From positions 1-64,000 of the forward strand of contig CAVVKN010000007.1 in assembly GCA_963748825.1 (NCBI GenBank): a stretch of 64,000 bases of DNA. The letters run 5' to 3'. Shown here piece after piece: positions 51,545 to 62,200 of this stretch. The translations under genes were made by a program, and so were the position numbers. The first letter of the stretch is position 1, and each line of letters begins with the position of its first letter. The DNA is from Methanotrichaceae archaeon (GTDB lineage Archaea > Halobacteriota > Methanosarcinia > Methanotrichales > Methanotrichaceae). Under the pieces are notes generated by a model that saw only the letters and a program-made list of their open reading frames with translations, was not told where the DNA came from and searched no databases.

Positions 51545-51700
51545 CCATCGAGGTCTTCATCAAAGATACCAAAAACCTTCTCGTGGATTGGGTGGAAGAC
51601 GGCTGGCTTGAGGTGACAAACCCCTCTCGCCGCGCTCGTGCCTATAAATTATCGGCAAAATATCGGCAATACGTCGGCAGCTTATCGGTAATGCCTCGGG
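51545..51700 (+). pseudogene. C-terminal winged-helix fragment, probably of a Fic-family protein
   Basis: KNLLVDWVEDGWLEVTNPSRRARAYKLSAKYRQY; no N-terminal part present. Confidence 0.4.
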
Positions 51701-51903
51701 AAGAAGAGAAGAACGAACGCGGATTGAGTACAAGCGCATTTCTATCACTTCATGCAAAAGCTTTTTCCCGTTTGCCGCCGCTAAGCCGTCATCGGGAGGA
51801 TAATTGCATTTGACCCTGAGCCTCAAGTTCCATAATCTCATTTTGAAGTCCTGCCTCGCTTTTCCGATCGCCCTCGTCAGCCCCGGCCCGGAGCCCTGTC
51901 TTC

Positions 51904-52110
51904 ATGCCCGATCCCGTCCGCTGGGGTCCGGACAATCCCCATCCTCTCTCCCAGATGAGGACATAGCCCGGTCTGGGATGGCAAGTACGACGAGTACGGC
52001 CGCCGTCGCAACGTGGGACGAAGGCCGGGGCGCCTGCCCCGGGCAGAAGATCGAGACGGTGGACGAAGCCCCGGGAGCGAGGCCCTGGCATCCGGCCAGA
52101 CCACTTTTGG
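51904..52110 (+). pseudogene. N-terminal remnant of a site-specific DNA methyltransferase (type III Mod-like)
   Basis: MPDPVRWGPDNPHPLSQMRT*/VWDGKYDEYGRRR/QKIETVDE spread over broken frames; family assignment from recall of the N-terminus. Confidence 0.55.
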
Positions 52111-52255
52111 GGAGCTGTCCACTACCTTGCAGGAGGACTTTCGAAACCGGCTCATCGGGGGCGAGAACAGCAGGTAATGGCCTCGCTGCTTAAGGAGTTC
52201 CGGGGTAAGACCTGCATCAGAGGCCAGAACCTACGCAGATGATGGGATGTAATAA

Positions 52256-53047
52256 ATGGTGAAATCCAGCAAGGCGATCTACTCTAGCAAAATACTAAAA
52301 GCAGGATCGATCCTAGCAGAGACAAAGATACTGCTAGCTGACTGGGACAACTCAGTTTCTGTGAATCAAAATCTTGATCGTTTTCGTCAGAGTAACATTC
52401 TTGGAAAGGCATCCCGTTCCAGGGTAGAAGACATCTTGCAAGTATTTAGGCAGCGCTACTTGGTTGAGGAGCAAGTTAGAAAAGCGCTTGTTAGCCTAAT
52501 GAAGGCAAGATTCTCAGCAGATAGCCTACATCTGATTTTGTACTTTCATGCGGCAAGATCCGATCCGCTCATTCACGACTTCGTAATTGAAGTTCTATGG
52601 CCGAGGTATCAGATTGGAAGGCAGGATATTCTAGTAAAAGACGCTGAAAACTGGATACGAGAGAAAATCTCCAAAGGAGTAACGACTAGACCCTGGTCAG
52701 ACAACACTATAGAGAAATCTGCTCAGGGATTGATGAGCACATTAAGAGACTTCGGCGTTCTACAAGGACTAAAGAATAAACGTCTTGCTCCGGCTTATTT
52801 GCCTGTGGATGCCTTCTCTTACGTCGCCTTTTTCCTGAGCAGACTTCAGCCATCCGGCAAACGTCTTCTGGAAAGCAAAGAGTGGCAATTATTCTTCCTG
52901 AGAACAGAGGCCGCAGAGCACCTCTTTATGGAAGCCCACCAGCAGCATTTACTGGATTATCATGCCGCTGGTTCCGTAGTCAGGATTGTATTCCCGTCTG
53001 ATTCCATCGAGGAGTATGTTCATGTTATCCTTAAAAGAACGTATTGA
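52256..53047 (+). CDS. brxA: BREX protein BrxA (DUF1819-like)
   Basis: YSSKI.KAG..L.ET, NILGKASRSR and WS..T..K......LRDFG.L motifs; first gene of the brx operon. Confidence 0.85.
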   Translation: MVKSSKAIYSSKILKAGSILAETKILLADWDNSVSVNQNLDRFRQSNILGKASRSRVEDILQVFRQRYLVEEQVRKALVSLMKARFSADSLHLILYFHAARSDPLIHDFVIEVLWPRYQIGRQDILVKDAENWIREKISKGVTTRPWSDNTIEKSAQGLMSTLRDFGVLQGLKNKRLAPAYLPVDAFSYVAFFLSRLQPSGKRLLESKEWQLFFLRTEAAEHLFMEAHQQHLLDYHAAGSVVRIVFPSDSIEEYVHVILKRTY

Positions 53048-53600
53048 GCTTTTGGAAAATGACCTAAAGGCAAAGCCGCCGCGGGTAAGCGTTTACCATG
53101 ATATGCCGTTTGCCATATTAAGGTATGAGCCTCAAGAGGAGTGGACGCTGCGTAAAGAGCTAAGCTTGCTGAACACCAGATTGAACGCTATGGGAAAGGA
53201 TGTAGTGCTGATATCTTTGGCTGAATTGCTTTGGGAAGCCATAGAAAAATCCGAGGGGTTGGAAGAAATAACAAACCTCGAAAAGGATATGGGATTTGAA
53301 AAGGCGCAGGAGCAAGTTACCATCTACCTTTCCGATTCTGATTATCGACCACTTAGGGAAATGCTGGCTGAGCGCTTGGAGTTGCTTGATCCAGATAAAC
53401 ATATTGCTTTTTTGATAAGATCCGCTTGCATGGCTCCGGCGATATATCCTATGTCCAGGCTTCTTGACGAAATGCATGGCTACACCAGGGTAACAACAAT
53501 ACTCTTCTATCCGGGGACAATAGAGGGAACAACTGGCCTTCGTTTTATGGATTTAGATGACAGAGAAGTTCAGGGAAATTATAGAGTGAAGATTTACTGA
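53022..53600 (+). CDS. brxB: BREX protein BrxB (DUF1788)
   Basis: PFAILRY.P.EEW, LFYPG...G...LRFM and NYR motifs; overlaps brxA. Confidence 0.88.
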   Translation: MLSLKERIELLENDLKAKPPRVSVYHDMPFAILRYEPQEEWTLRKELSLLNTRLNAMGKDVVLISLAELLWEAIEKSEGLEEITNLEKDMGFEKAQEQVTIYLSDSDYRPLREMLAERLELLDPDKHIAFLIRSACMAPAIYPMSRLLDEMHGYTRVTTILFYPGTIEGTTGLRFMDLDDREVQGNYRVKIY

Positions 53601-53630
53601 TATTTACTGATGTTAGTGGGAGATTCAGGA

Positions 53631-56600
53631 ATGGAATTAATCGGGGATCTACTCTCCAGGGATCTAAACCAGGTCATTGAAGAGATAATACAGGTGGATC
53701 AGCTGGATGAGCAGACAGTCTACTCGGAGATTACTGAGTATGTGGCAACGAGCCGGATTAAGGATCACTACAGGTCGCTCCTGAAGGCAATCGCAGAAGC
53801 TCCATCTGAGCCTCATGAAGGTGTAGGGATCTGGATCTCTGGTTTCTTTGGCTCCGGTAAATCTTCCTTCGCCAAGAATCTGGGCTACGTATTGGCCAAT
53901 CCCACGATACTGAGAAACAGTTACAGCGACCTCTTCAAAAATCAGCTTAAAGACAGAAGGATCAGCGAATTGGTGGATTTCATCAACAAGGGATTTCCCA
54001 CCGAGGTGATCATGTTTGACATCTCCAAGGCCAAGGAGGTCAAAAGAGGAGATGAGAAGATTGCGGAGGTCATCTACCGGCGATTGCTCTCCCATTTGGA
54101 CTATGCTGAGGATTACGATATTGCCGAACTGGAGATCGAGCTGGAAGGCGATGGACGGCTCAATGAGTTCTTAGGGTTTTCCAGAGAGGTCAACGGCAAG
54201 GAGTGGAGCGCGGCCAGAAAAGGAGCTATGAAGATCAATTACGCCTCTGCAATCCTTCATAAAATGAATCCAGAGACATTTCCAGAAGCCGATTCCTGGG
54301 CCAAATCTCTCCAGGGAAAGCATCCTACTCTTACTATCGAACTGGTTGTTGATCGGGCCTTTGAGCTTACGGCAAGGAGGCGCCCCGGAAAAGCTCTTTT
54401 CTTCATAATCGACGAGGTCGGACAGTACGTTGCTCGCAGTGTGGACAGGATTGAAGATCTCCGTGCCTTAGTGGAACAGTTCGGCAAGGTCAGCAAGAAT
54501 CGCTTGAAGGCAAAGAAGGCTATCGCTCCCTCATGGATCGCCGTTACATCTCAAGAAAAGCTGGAAGAAGTTGTGGCCGCTCTGGATTCAAAAAGAGTAG
54601 AGCTGGCAAAACTCCAGGACAGGTTCAAGTACAGGGTGGATCTTGCTCCCGCTGATATTCGAGAGGTAGCAAGCCGCAGAGTGCTGGCCAAAAAGGATGA
54701 TGCGATAGCGGTCTTGAAGAGCTTATTTGATAGAGCCCAGGGACAGCTGAACCTCAGCTGCCGGCTGGAGAGGACATCACGAAGGAGCGAGGTCCTGGAA
54801 GAGGAGTTCATCCAGAGTTACCCATATCTTCCTCATTTTATCGATATGTCCATCGACATAATGTCTGGCATCCGATTGCAGCCGGGCGCAGACAAGCATC
54901 TGGGCGGAAGCAACCGGACAATAATCAAGCAGGCCCATGAGATGCTGGTCAATGAAAGGACGGCTTTGAAGGACAAACCAGTAGGTGCCCTGGTGACTCT
55001 CGATAAGATCTTCGACCTTGTGGAGGGGAATATCTCCACGGAAAAAAGAAAAGATATCGATGACATCAGACGAGGTTTTAAAACTGAGTCGGAATGGGCC
55101 TTGCGGGTGGCAAAGGCGATATGCCTGCTGGAGTTCATCAGGGACCTTCCCAGGACCGAGGCTAATATTTCAGCCTGTCTGGTAAATGAAGTCAGCAGGC
55201 CCGCGCCCTTAGCCGATGTGAAAACGGCTTTGGATCTCCTCTTGGAGGCAAAGTTCGTTCGAAACTCGGAGGATGGGTGGAAGCTGCAGACTGCGGAGGA
55301 GAAGAGCTGGGAGACGGAGAGAAGAAGCCTGGAGCCGAAAGCGAGGGAGAGGAGAGATATTCTCAACGAAGCCGTATCCGGCATGTTTGGCGAGCTGGGG
55401 CTTAAAAGCTATCGTTTCCAGAAGCTGAAGACCTTTAAAGTGGGAGTCAGCTATAACGGTGACAAGGTAGAGGATGGACAGATATCGCTTTCCATCATGA
55501 GTTCGGACGATATCTCGGCTTTCCAGGCCAGAAAAGAGGAGATCAGGGCGGAGAGCAGGCAGGAAGGCCGCAAGAACGAGATATATTTTGTGTTTCCGCT
55601 AAACGCTGAGATCGATGCAACGGTTTCAGATCTGCATTCCTCCAGGGAGATGGTCAAGAAGTATGATCATCTGCGGGCACAAAACAAGATCGCAGGGGAG
55701 CAGGCTGCACTGCTGGAAGGCGAGAAGAAGGAAATTAGCAGGAAGAAGTCCAGGCTGCAGGAAAAGGTATCTGAGGCTTTTATGAGCGGGGCCTCCATGT
55801 TCCGGGGCAGCTCCAAGGACGGATCGGATCTGGGAAAGAGCCTTGAGAATGCAATCAAGAATCTTTTGGATGATGTCGTCCTGGACCTTTATCCCAGGCT
55901 GCCCATGTGGGCCCGCCCGCTCAAAGGAAATGAGGCGGAGGAGCTGCTGAAGGCTGCCAATCTGAGCGGGCTTCCTGCTATCTTTTGCAACAGCGAGCTG
56001 GGGATGAATCTGGTTGTGAGAGACAGCCAGAAATTTGTGATCAATTGCGAAGCTGAGGTGGCAAAGGAGGTTCTCGACCACTTAATCCGGGAGCACGGCT
56101 TTGGAAACCGGGAGACTCGGACCGGCAAGGCTCTTGAGGCTCACTTCGGGGGGCTGGGCTACGGAGGAGACCAGGATATGCTCAGGCTGGTTCTGGCGGT
56201 GCTTTTCCGGGGTGGGGCGATTGAAACATCCTTCGGAGGTCAGCGTTTTGATTCCTATCAGGACACGGCCAGCCATGAGGCTTTCAATAACAGCCGAACA
56301 TTCAGGTCAGCTCTCTTTACTCCTGCAACGGTCATTCCCATCCAGAATCTCACCCGAGCGGTAGAGAGATTCGAAGAGATAACCGGCGGGACTGTGGATG
56401 TGGACAAAAATGCCATCGCATCCGCCTTCAAGCAGTTCGCTGAGAAGGAGATGCGAGGGCTGCTCCCTATCGAGGAGAGGATCAGGGCAAACGGCCTGCC
56501 TGGGCAGGATAGGTTCGAGAAGGTCAAAGAGATCCTTCAGCAGGCAAGAAAAGGGACAGCAGAAGAGGTTGTGGGCATTCTGGCAGGGGAGGGCAAGTCG

Positions 56601-57278
56601 CTGAAGGAATCTCTGGACAGCGTTCACAGAATCAGGGATTCCATGAACGATGAGGCCCTTAAGTCCGTCAAAAACGCGCGCTCGGCTCTGAAAGAAATGT
56701 GGCCAGTCCTAAAGGTTTGTCTCGAAGATGATGACGAGATCAAGGAGATGGCTGCGGACCTTGATGCGCTTCTGCTGTCTGCGGATTTGTATGATAAGCT
56801 CAGCGAGATGAAGAGAGCTTCAGCGGAAATATCAGGGCGCTACTTCAAGATTTACACCAGTACGCATGACTCAAGGAGGGATGCCTTCCAGGCAGTCATC
56901 GATGAGATCAAGCTAACTTCTGATTGGGGGACGATCAAAGAGAGCATGAGAGAGTCGATCTTGCGAGAGCTGACGGCAAAGGGATGCGAGGATCAAGAAA
57001 TTGGGCAAAACAGCGTTTATTGCTCCAATTGTAGGGCAAGCATCCCGCAGATGGAGTCCGACAGCCGGGCCCTGGCAGAGATCAAGACCAGTGCACTGCA
57101 AAGGATGGCGGAGCTTATGCAGACGGCAGGCGGGCCAAAGCGAGTGGAGAGGGTGCGCCTTTCCAAAATATACAAAGGCAAGGTCGACTCCAAGGAATCA
57201 GTGGATAGAGCTGTAGAAGCACTGCGAGAGCACCTGATGAAGCTTCTTTTGGAAAACGCAAGCATAATCCTGGAGTGA
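53631..57278 (+). CDS. brxC: BREX P-loop ATPase BrxC
   Basis: EYVAT, WISGFFGSGKSSFAK Walker A, IIDEVGQY Walker B, VTSQE, LQDRF and YPYLP motifs. Confidence 0.95.
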   Translation: MELIGDLLSRDLNQVIEEIIQVDQLDEQTVYSEITEYVATSRIKDHYRSLLKAIAEAPSEPHEGVGIWISGFFGSGKSSFAKNLGYVLANPTILRNSYSDLFKNQLKDRRISELVDFINKGFPTEVIMFDISKAKEVKRGDEKIAEVIYRRLLSHLDYAEDYDIAELEIELEGDGRLNEFLGFSREVNGKEWSAARKGAMKINYASAILHKMNPETFPEADSWAKSLQGKHPTLTIELVVDRAFELTARRRPGKALFFIIDEVGQYVARSVDRIEDLRALVEQFGKVSKNRLKAKKAIAPSWIAVTSQEKLEEVVAALDSKRVELAKLQDRFKYRVDLAPADIREVASRRVLAKKDDAIAVLKSLFDRAQGQLNLSCRLERTSRRSEVLEEEFIQSYPYLPHFIDMSIDIMSGIRLQPGADKHLGGSNRTIIKQAHEMLVNERTALKDKPVGALVTLDKIFDLVEGNISTEKRKDIDDIRRGFKTESEWALRVAKAICLLEFIRDLPRTEANISACLVNEVSRPAPLADVKTALDLLLEAKFVRNSEDGWKLQTAEEKSWETERRSLEPKARERRDILNEAVSGMFGELGLKSYRFQKLKTFKVGVSYNGDKVEDGQISLSIMSSDDISAFQARKEEIRAESRQEGRKNEIYFVFPLNAEIDATVSDLHSSREMVKKYDHLRAQNKIAGEQAALLEGEKKEISRKKSRLQEKVSEAFMSGASMFRGSSKDGSDLGKSLENAIKNLLDDVVLDLYPRLPMWARPLKGNEAEELLKAANLSGLPAIFCNSELGMNLVVRDSQKFVINCEAEVAKEVLDHLIREHGFGNRETRTGKALEAHFGGLGYGGDQDMLRLVLAVLFRGGAIETSFGGQRFDSYQDTASHEAFNNSRTFRSALFTPATVIPIQNLTRAVERFEEITGGTVDVDKNAIASAFKQFAEKEMRGLLPIEERIRANGLPGQDRFEKVKEILQQARKGTAEEVVGILAGEGKSLKESLDSVHRIRDSMNDEALKSVKNARSALKEMWPVLKVCLEDDDEIKEMAADLDALLLSADLYDKLSEMKRASAEISGRYFKIYTSTHDSRRDAFQAVIDEIKLTSDWGTIKESMRESILRELTAKGCEDQEIGQNSVYCSNCRASIPQMESDSRALAEIKTSALQRMAELMQTAGGPKRVERVRLSKIYKGKVDSKESVDRAVEALREHLMKLLLENASIILE

Positions 57279-57305
57279 TGAAGATGAAGGAAAAGATGGG
57301 CAATT

Positions 57306-57785
57306 CTATTCTTGGCGGAGGAAATCGCCCATATCATCTTTTTCTGATATCATCCATCTTCCTTTTCCCAAAATTTTATCCAATTTAACTTTCTTGGCTT
57401 TCTCCAGAGGAGAGGAGCCGTGGCATCTTATGTAGCATTTGAAAAGGAGATCTTCATGAATAGCCCTCTTGTGAGGATCGCTCCTGAAGCTCTCGATCAG
57501 GATATCTCTCGTCTTGAGAATCTGCTCAATGGCATCGCCTAAATCGCCTTTCTTGAGCTCCACCAGGCAGAGCACTTTTTGGCCGCCTCTGGTGAAGAAG
57601 ACCGCAAGATCGCACAGCTTGCCATCATATCCCATGTCCTTACGAAATGGTCCATTTGGACCTTCGTCAATTCTGAAAAACAAGACGACTTCATCAGTGG
57701 CACGTCGCACACTCACAGTGACTTTATTCTCCGTGAAGCTGTTGCCTTGCCACAGGCATCTCGATAGCAGAGTATTAAAAGGCAT
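57306..57785 (-). CDS. Hypothetical protein, putative PD-(D/E)xK nuclease fold
   Basis: KLCDLAVF....LCLVELK..D...AIEQI..T pattern; 10 bp downstream of the AAA ATPase. Confidence 0.65.
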   Translation of the reverse strand: MPFNTLLSRCLWQGNSFTENKVTVSVRRATDEVVLFFRIDEGPNGPFRKDMGYDGKLCDLAVFFTRGGQKVLCLVELKKGDLGDAIEQILKTRDILIESFRSDPHKRAIHEDLLFKCYIRCHGSSPLEKAKKVKLDKILGKGRWMISEKDDMGDFLRQE

Positions 57786-57795
57786 CCTGCTTCAC

Positions 57796-59181
57796 CTAAA
57801 TCTGGAAATAAATATTGGATACCTGCTCTGACACATCCCCGAAGGTTCCCCAGTCAATCATCCCGTCCTCAGAAAGCACATTTTTGGCCGTGCCGTCTTC
57901 AAAGAGGTAAACCGACACCTTATCCTTGGAGAGGAATGCCTCCGACGTCTTCAGGTAAAACTTCTCCGCTGCCTCATCCGGCCGCTCCTTTTTTGCGCCC
58001 TCCATGATATTGACCAGATGATCGACGATGTAAGGGCTGTGGGTGGTGACGATTATCCTGATCCCCGAGTTCACGAGGATGGCAAGCAGCTCTATGATCT
58101 TGGCCTGGGCCTCTGGATGAAGGTTCATTTCCGGCTCGTCTATGACCAGAAGATCTCCTGGCATGGCTACGTAGGTCAGATAGAGATACAATGGCGAGAG
58201 TGACTTTACCAGGGAGGCAGTGGCAGGGATCTCTACAGTCTTTCCGTCTGCGCCCGATGGCTTGAATAGAACTCTGTTGGCCTTGAGCACAGGGTCCGAT
58301 TGGATGAGTTGCAGATCTCCTTTTAGAAGCTCTGTGCGAAGGAGGTTCGCCAATTCCAGGTACCGTCTCACATGAAGATCATTGTCGGCGGTCTCTTCTC
58401 TGTCTTTGAGATTGCCTCTATCCCTGATATCGGCGATCATGCTCATTAGATTGTCTATTGGATATGATTGATTGAATGAACCGGAATCAATCCGGTTCCT
58501 CAGATCCCCAATTTTTGGAGGCGAAAGAGCCAGGGAGGAATAAGCGATCCTTTCCGGTGGGAAAAAGAAGATTCTGGGATAAATGGAACGAATCAGGGGG
58601 GTTAATACTGCAGAATGAGAAAATTCATCAATTCCCGTGGATAGTGGTTTTGAATCATCCTCGCTGCCTGCTACATAGAATTTTATTGATCGTTCCCCTT
58701 TAATTTTCTGGATATGAAGTGTCTCTAACCTCCTAAGTCCTAACGGTATCTTCCATGAAGAAGCATAATTCATGATACCCTCGGACCATTCGTTCGTCAT
58801 ATCACTGGGATCGAGACTAAGCTCAAGTTCTTCAAAAATTGAGTCATCAGTTCCCAGGTATTTTCCCAACGAGCGAGACGCTGTTCTTGCAAGATCATTC
58901 AGGAATTGGGACCCTCGGATTTGCTGAAATTCAATGAGGTCTATTAGCGCAGTGCCGTTCTCGGCAAACGAAGAGTTTGCCTCGTCTACTTCAGAATAAT
59001 TGATGGATCCAAGCCTAAATCGCTCCAGTAACTCGAATATACATAAGGATGAAAAAGCAGATGCGATCAGATAAGCCGTCCAGGTCTTGCCGGTATTATT
59101 TTGGCCGATAAAGACGGTCAGAGGTTTAATATTAATATTTGCCTCCCTTACTGGCCCCAGATTTCTGATAACTGCATGCAT
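57796..59181 (-). CDS. ABC-like AAA ATPase (AAA_15/AAA_21, AbiEii-type)
   Basis: NLGPV, IGQNNTGKT Walker A, PPER, IDEPEMNLHP Walker B and TTHSPY motifs. Confidence 0.9.
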   Translation of the reverse strand: MHAVIRNLGPVREANINIKPLTVFIGQNNTGKTWTAYLIASAFSSLCIFELLERFRLGSINYSEVDEANSSFAENGTALIDLIEFQQIRGSQFLNDLARTASRSLGKYLGTDDSIFEELELSLDPSDMTNEWSEGIMNYASSWKIPLGLRRLETLHIQKIKGERSIKFYVAGSEDDSKPLSTGIDEFSHSAVLTPLIRSIYPRIFFFPPERIAYSSLALSPPKIGDLRNRIDSGSFNQSYPIDNLMSMIADIRDRGNLKDREETADNDLHVRRYLELANLLRTELLKGDLQLIQSDPVLKANRVLFKPSGADGKTVEIPATASLVKSLSPLYLYLTYVAMPGDLLVIDEPEMNLHPEAQAKIIELLAILVNSGIRIIVTTHSPYIVDHLVNIMEGAKKERPDEAAEKFYLKTSEAFLSKDKVSVYLFEDGTAKNVLSEDGMIDWGTFGDVSEQVSNIYFQI

Positions 59182-59272
59182 TCGCAATTCTATTGGCAAA
59201 GCATTGGTTAAATTAATATCGCTTCCACTCCTCATCGAAATCATTTTAGACTCTGAAGATGTGTGATTCCTC

Positions 59273-62200
59273 ATGGACCGATCAGCGATACACGACATGA
59301 CTTTGCGGGCGCGAGAGCTTCTCATGGGCGAGACGCAAGACTTGCTGCAGGGCATTTACGGCCTGGACAGCAAGGGCAATTTTGAAGATGTGAAAAGGCT
59401 GCCCGCGGCCTTGTCCCTGCCGGAGATCGGAGCGACCAGAAAGCGCCTGGAAAAGTTTCTCAAAGACGAAGAGCAGGCGGGCCTCCCGCGCCGGGAGGCT
59501 GTGGCAAAGCTGGTCAAAGAGGCGGCCTTCACCCACCTCAACCGATTAGTTGCCTTCAAGATGATGGAAGCCCGAAAGCTCATCCGCGGAACTGTGGATC
59601 GCTATCAAGAGTCCAATGCCTTCAAGTTTTATTTAGCCGAGCACGATGATGAACTCCGGCTCTACGAGCAGGGAAGCCAGCCCCAAAGCGAGGTAGGCGA
59701 GGGGCCGAGGGACCTGGCATACAGGCATTTCCTGCTCTGGCAGTGCGAGCAACTTTGCAAAGAGATCAAGGTGCTCTTTGATCCTGAGAACCTGGCCAGC
59801 CAGCTCTTTCCCCGGCCCAGGGCCCTGAAGTCGCTCCTGGAGATGCTCAATGACCCGGCGCTACAAGAAGCCTGGAGAGAGGAGGAGACGGTAGGCTGGA
59901 TCTACCAGTACTTCAGCGAAGAAGAGAAGAAAGACGTCTTCGACCGGCTCTACAAGAAGAAGCAGAAGATCCGGCCCGAGGACATTCCCGCAGCCACGCA
60001 GCTCTTCACGCCCCGCTGGATTGTCAAGTTCCTGGTGCAAAACACCCTTGGCAGACAATGGATGCAGATGCACCCGGACTCCTGCCTTGCGGCCGCCCTG
60101 GATTATCTCGTCCCCCTGGCAGGAGAGATCCCGGCAGAAAAGATGAAGCCCGTGAGAGAAATCGAGGTGCTCGATCCGGCCTGCGGCACCATGCACTTTG
60201 GTCTGGTGGCCTTCGACCTTCTGGCAGAGATGTACCGGGAGGAGATGGAGCGGGCCGGGAGCCCCGGTTGGCCGGAAAAGCCCTCCGTCGCCTCAGCGGA
60301 GACCATACCGGCAGCCATCATCGCCAACAACATCTTCGGCATCGATATCGATCTGCGGGCGGTGCAGCTCTCCGCCCTGGCGCTCTACCTGAAAGCCAAG
60401 AGCCTCAATCCCAAAGCACAGATCACAGACAGCCACCTGGCCTGTGCTGAGCTGCAACTGCCCGACGACGCCAAGCTGGAGGTGTTTCTCCAGTCTTGCA
60501 AGTTCACCCTGCCCGTTTACGAGAGAATCATCCGCAAGCTGTGGAGCACCATGCGGGGCGGATCGGGCATCGGCGCCGGATCGCTGCTGCCCCTGGAGAG
60601 CGCCATAACTCTGGAGGTGGAGCGGGAGCGCCGCTCTCATCTCACCAGCTTGCAGAGGTTCGAAGACCTGGCCGATGCCCCAGAGGATGTGGCCCGCACG
60701 GCAGTGTGGGGGCCGGAGTTCTGGGACGTTTTGGGCGACCAGATCGTGATGGCCTTCAACAGCTTCGCAGACGAGCAGGCGGCAGCGGGCGGGGATGAGA
60801 GCTACTTTGTGGGCGAGGCGAGCAAAGGGATGCGGCTGCTGGACATCATGCGCCGCAAGTACGACTGCGTTTTCACCAATCCGCCCTACATGACACGAAA
60901 GAACATGCAAGAGCCGCTATCAGACTTTTTGGAAGCCAACTATTCTGAAGCCAAGGGCGACTTTTACACAGCCTTCATCAAGCGATGTCTGGAGCTGACC
61001 AAGGATTTTGGGCGCTTCGGACTCTTGACAGTCCATTCCTTCATGTTCGTCAGCTCTTACGAGAAGCTCAGGGAGAAGATATCAGCACTCAGGCGGCCAT
61101 TGAATCGGGCTGCCACCTCGGGCCGAGGTCGGAGTTTGAGATCTCCAATCCCAATGCGCAAGGGTTTGTGGCCTTCACCTGTCGCAAGGGCTCGGATGAG
61201 GTCCGGCTCTTCAATCCGGACGACAGCTGGTACGGAACCTGGTACAGGCTCATAAAAGCGGAGGGCGAGGAGAAGAGAACGCTCTTCGAAAAGCAGCTTG
61301 CTGGGCAGGCGGAGGGCGTTTACGTCTATCAGCAGGCGGCCTTCAACTCCATTCCCGGCAGCCCCTGGGTCTACTGGATCACGCCCGGGCTGCGGCGGTT
61401 GTTCGTGGAGCTGCCCAAGCTGGGGGAGATAGCGCAACCGTATGCATAGGAATGAGAACGGGAGATAATTTTCGCTTTCTGCGATTCTGGTGGGAAGTGG
61501 GCGTTGATCAAATAGGTATTCGGTATGAAGAGCAGAGATGAGGCGCATAGAGTCAGGAAGAAAATGGTTTCCGTATATGAAAGGGGGAAGTTTCCAACGC
61601 TGGTATGGGAATCAAGAATTTGTTGTTGAATGGGACAATGATGGACAAATAATTAAAGAGAACACAAAGCAGAATTATCCTGGACTAGGGAATAATTTAG
61701 GTTGGAAGATCTGAATGCAGAATCACTATTTCCAGCGTGGTGTAACCTGGACTGAACTGACTTCAGCACGTTTCAGCGCCAGGCTTTCTCCGGGCGGTTT
61801 CATCTTTGATGTTGCAGGATCGTCATTATTTCCCGACGGATGTCTCTTTAATTCTGGGAATTATGAACTCGACATTCTCTCAATTGCGCTCAATATTATT
61901 AATCCTACTAGTTCATGTTCAAGTCGGCGACTTGGCCCGCCTGCCTATACCCACCGAGTCCAGCAAGCAGCTTGAGAATCTCGTCGATCGTGCCATCTCC
62001 CTGGCCATGAAGGAATCCGCCGAAGACGAGACCACCTTCGACTTCATCGCCCCGCCCTGGACCGTCTCCCTGGACGACACCCTCACCGAGATCTGGCTGC
62101 GAGACGAGATCCTAGGCGATGTGGAGAAGGCCATCGACGAGGAGGTCTACCGGCTCTACGCCATCTCCGACCAGGATCGAAAGGCCATCGAGTCCGAGCT

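Noticed and set aside
53591-53610. Tandem atttactga repeat at the brxB/brxC junction
   Set aside because: Only two copies, outside conserved coding sequence; too weak to claim phase variation
59182-59355. Long N-terminal extension of the AAA ATPase
   Set aside because: Overlaps the pglX start on the opposite strand; family homology begins at MHAVIRNLGPV (59181)
61447-61714. Pyrrolysine (TAG 61447) or selenocysteine (TGA 61712) recoding in pglX
   Set aside because: Neighbouring lesions are frameshifts, so read-through would not restore the protein; FdhA here has Cys, giving no sign of Sec use
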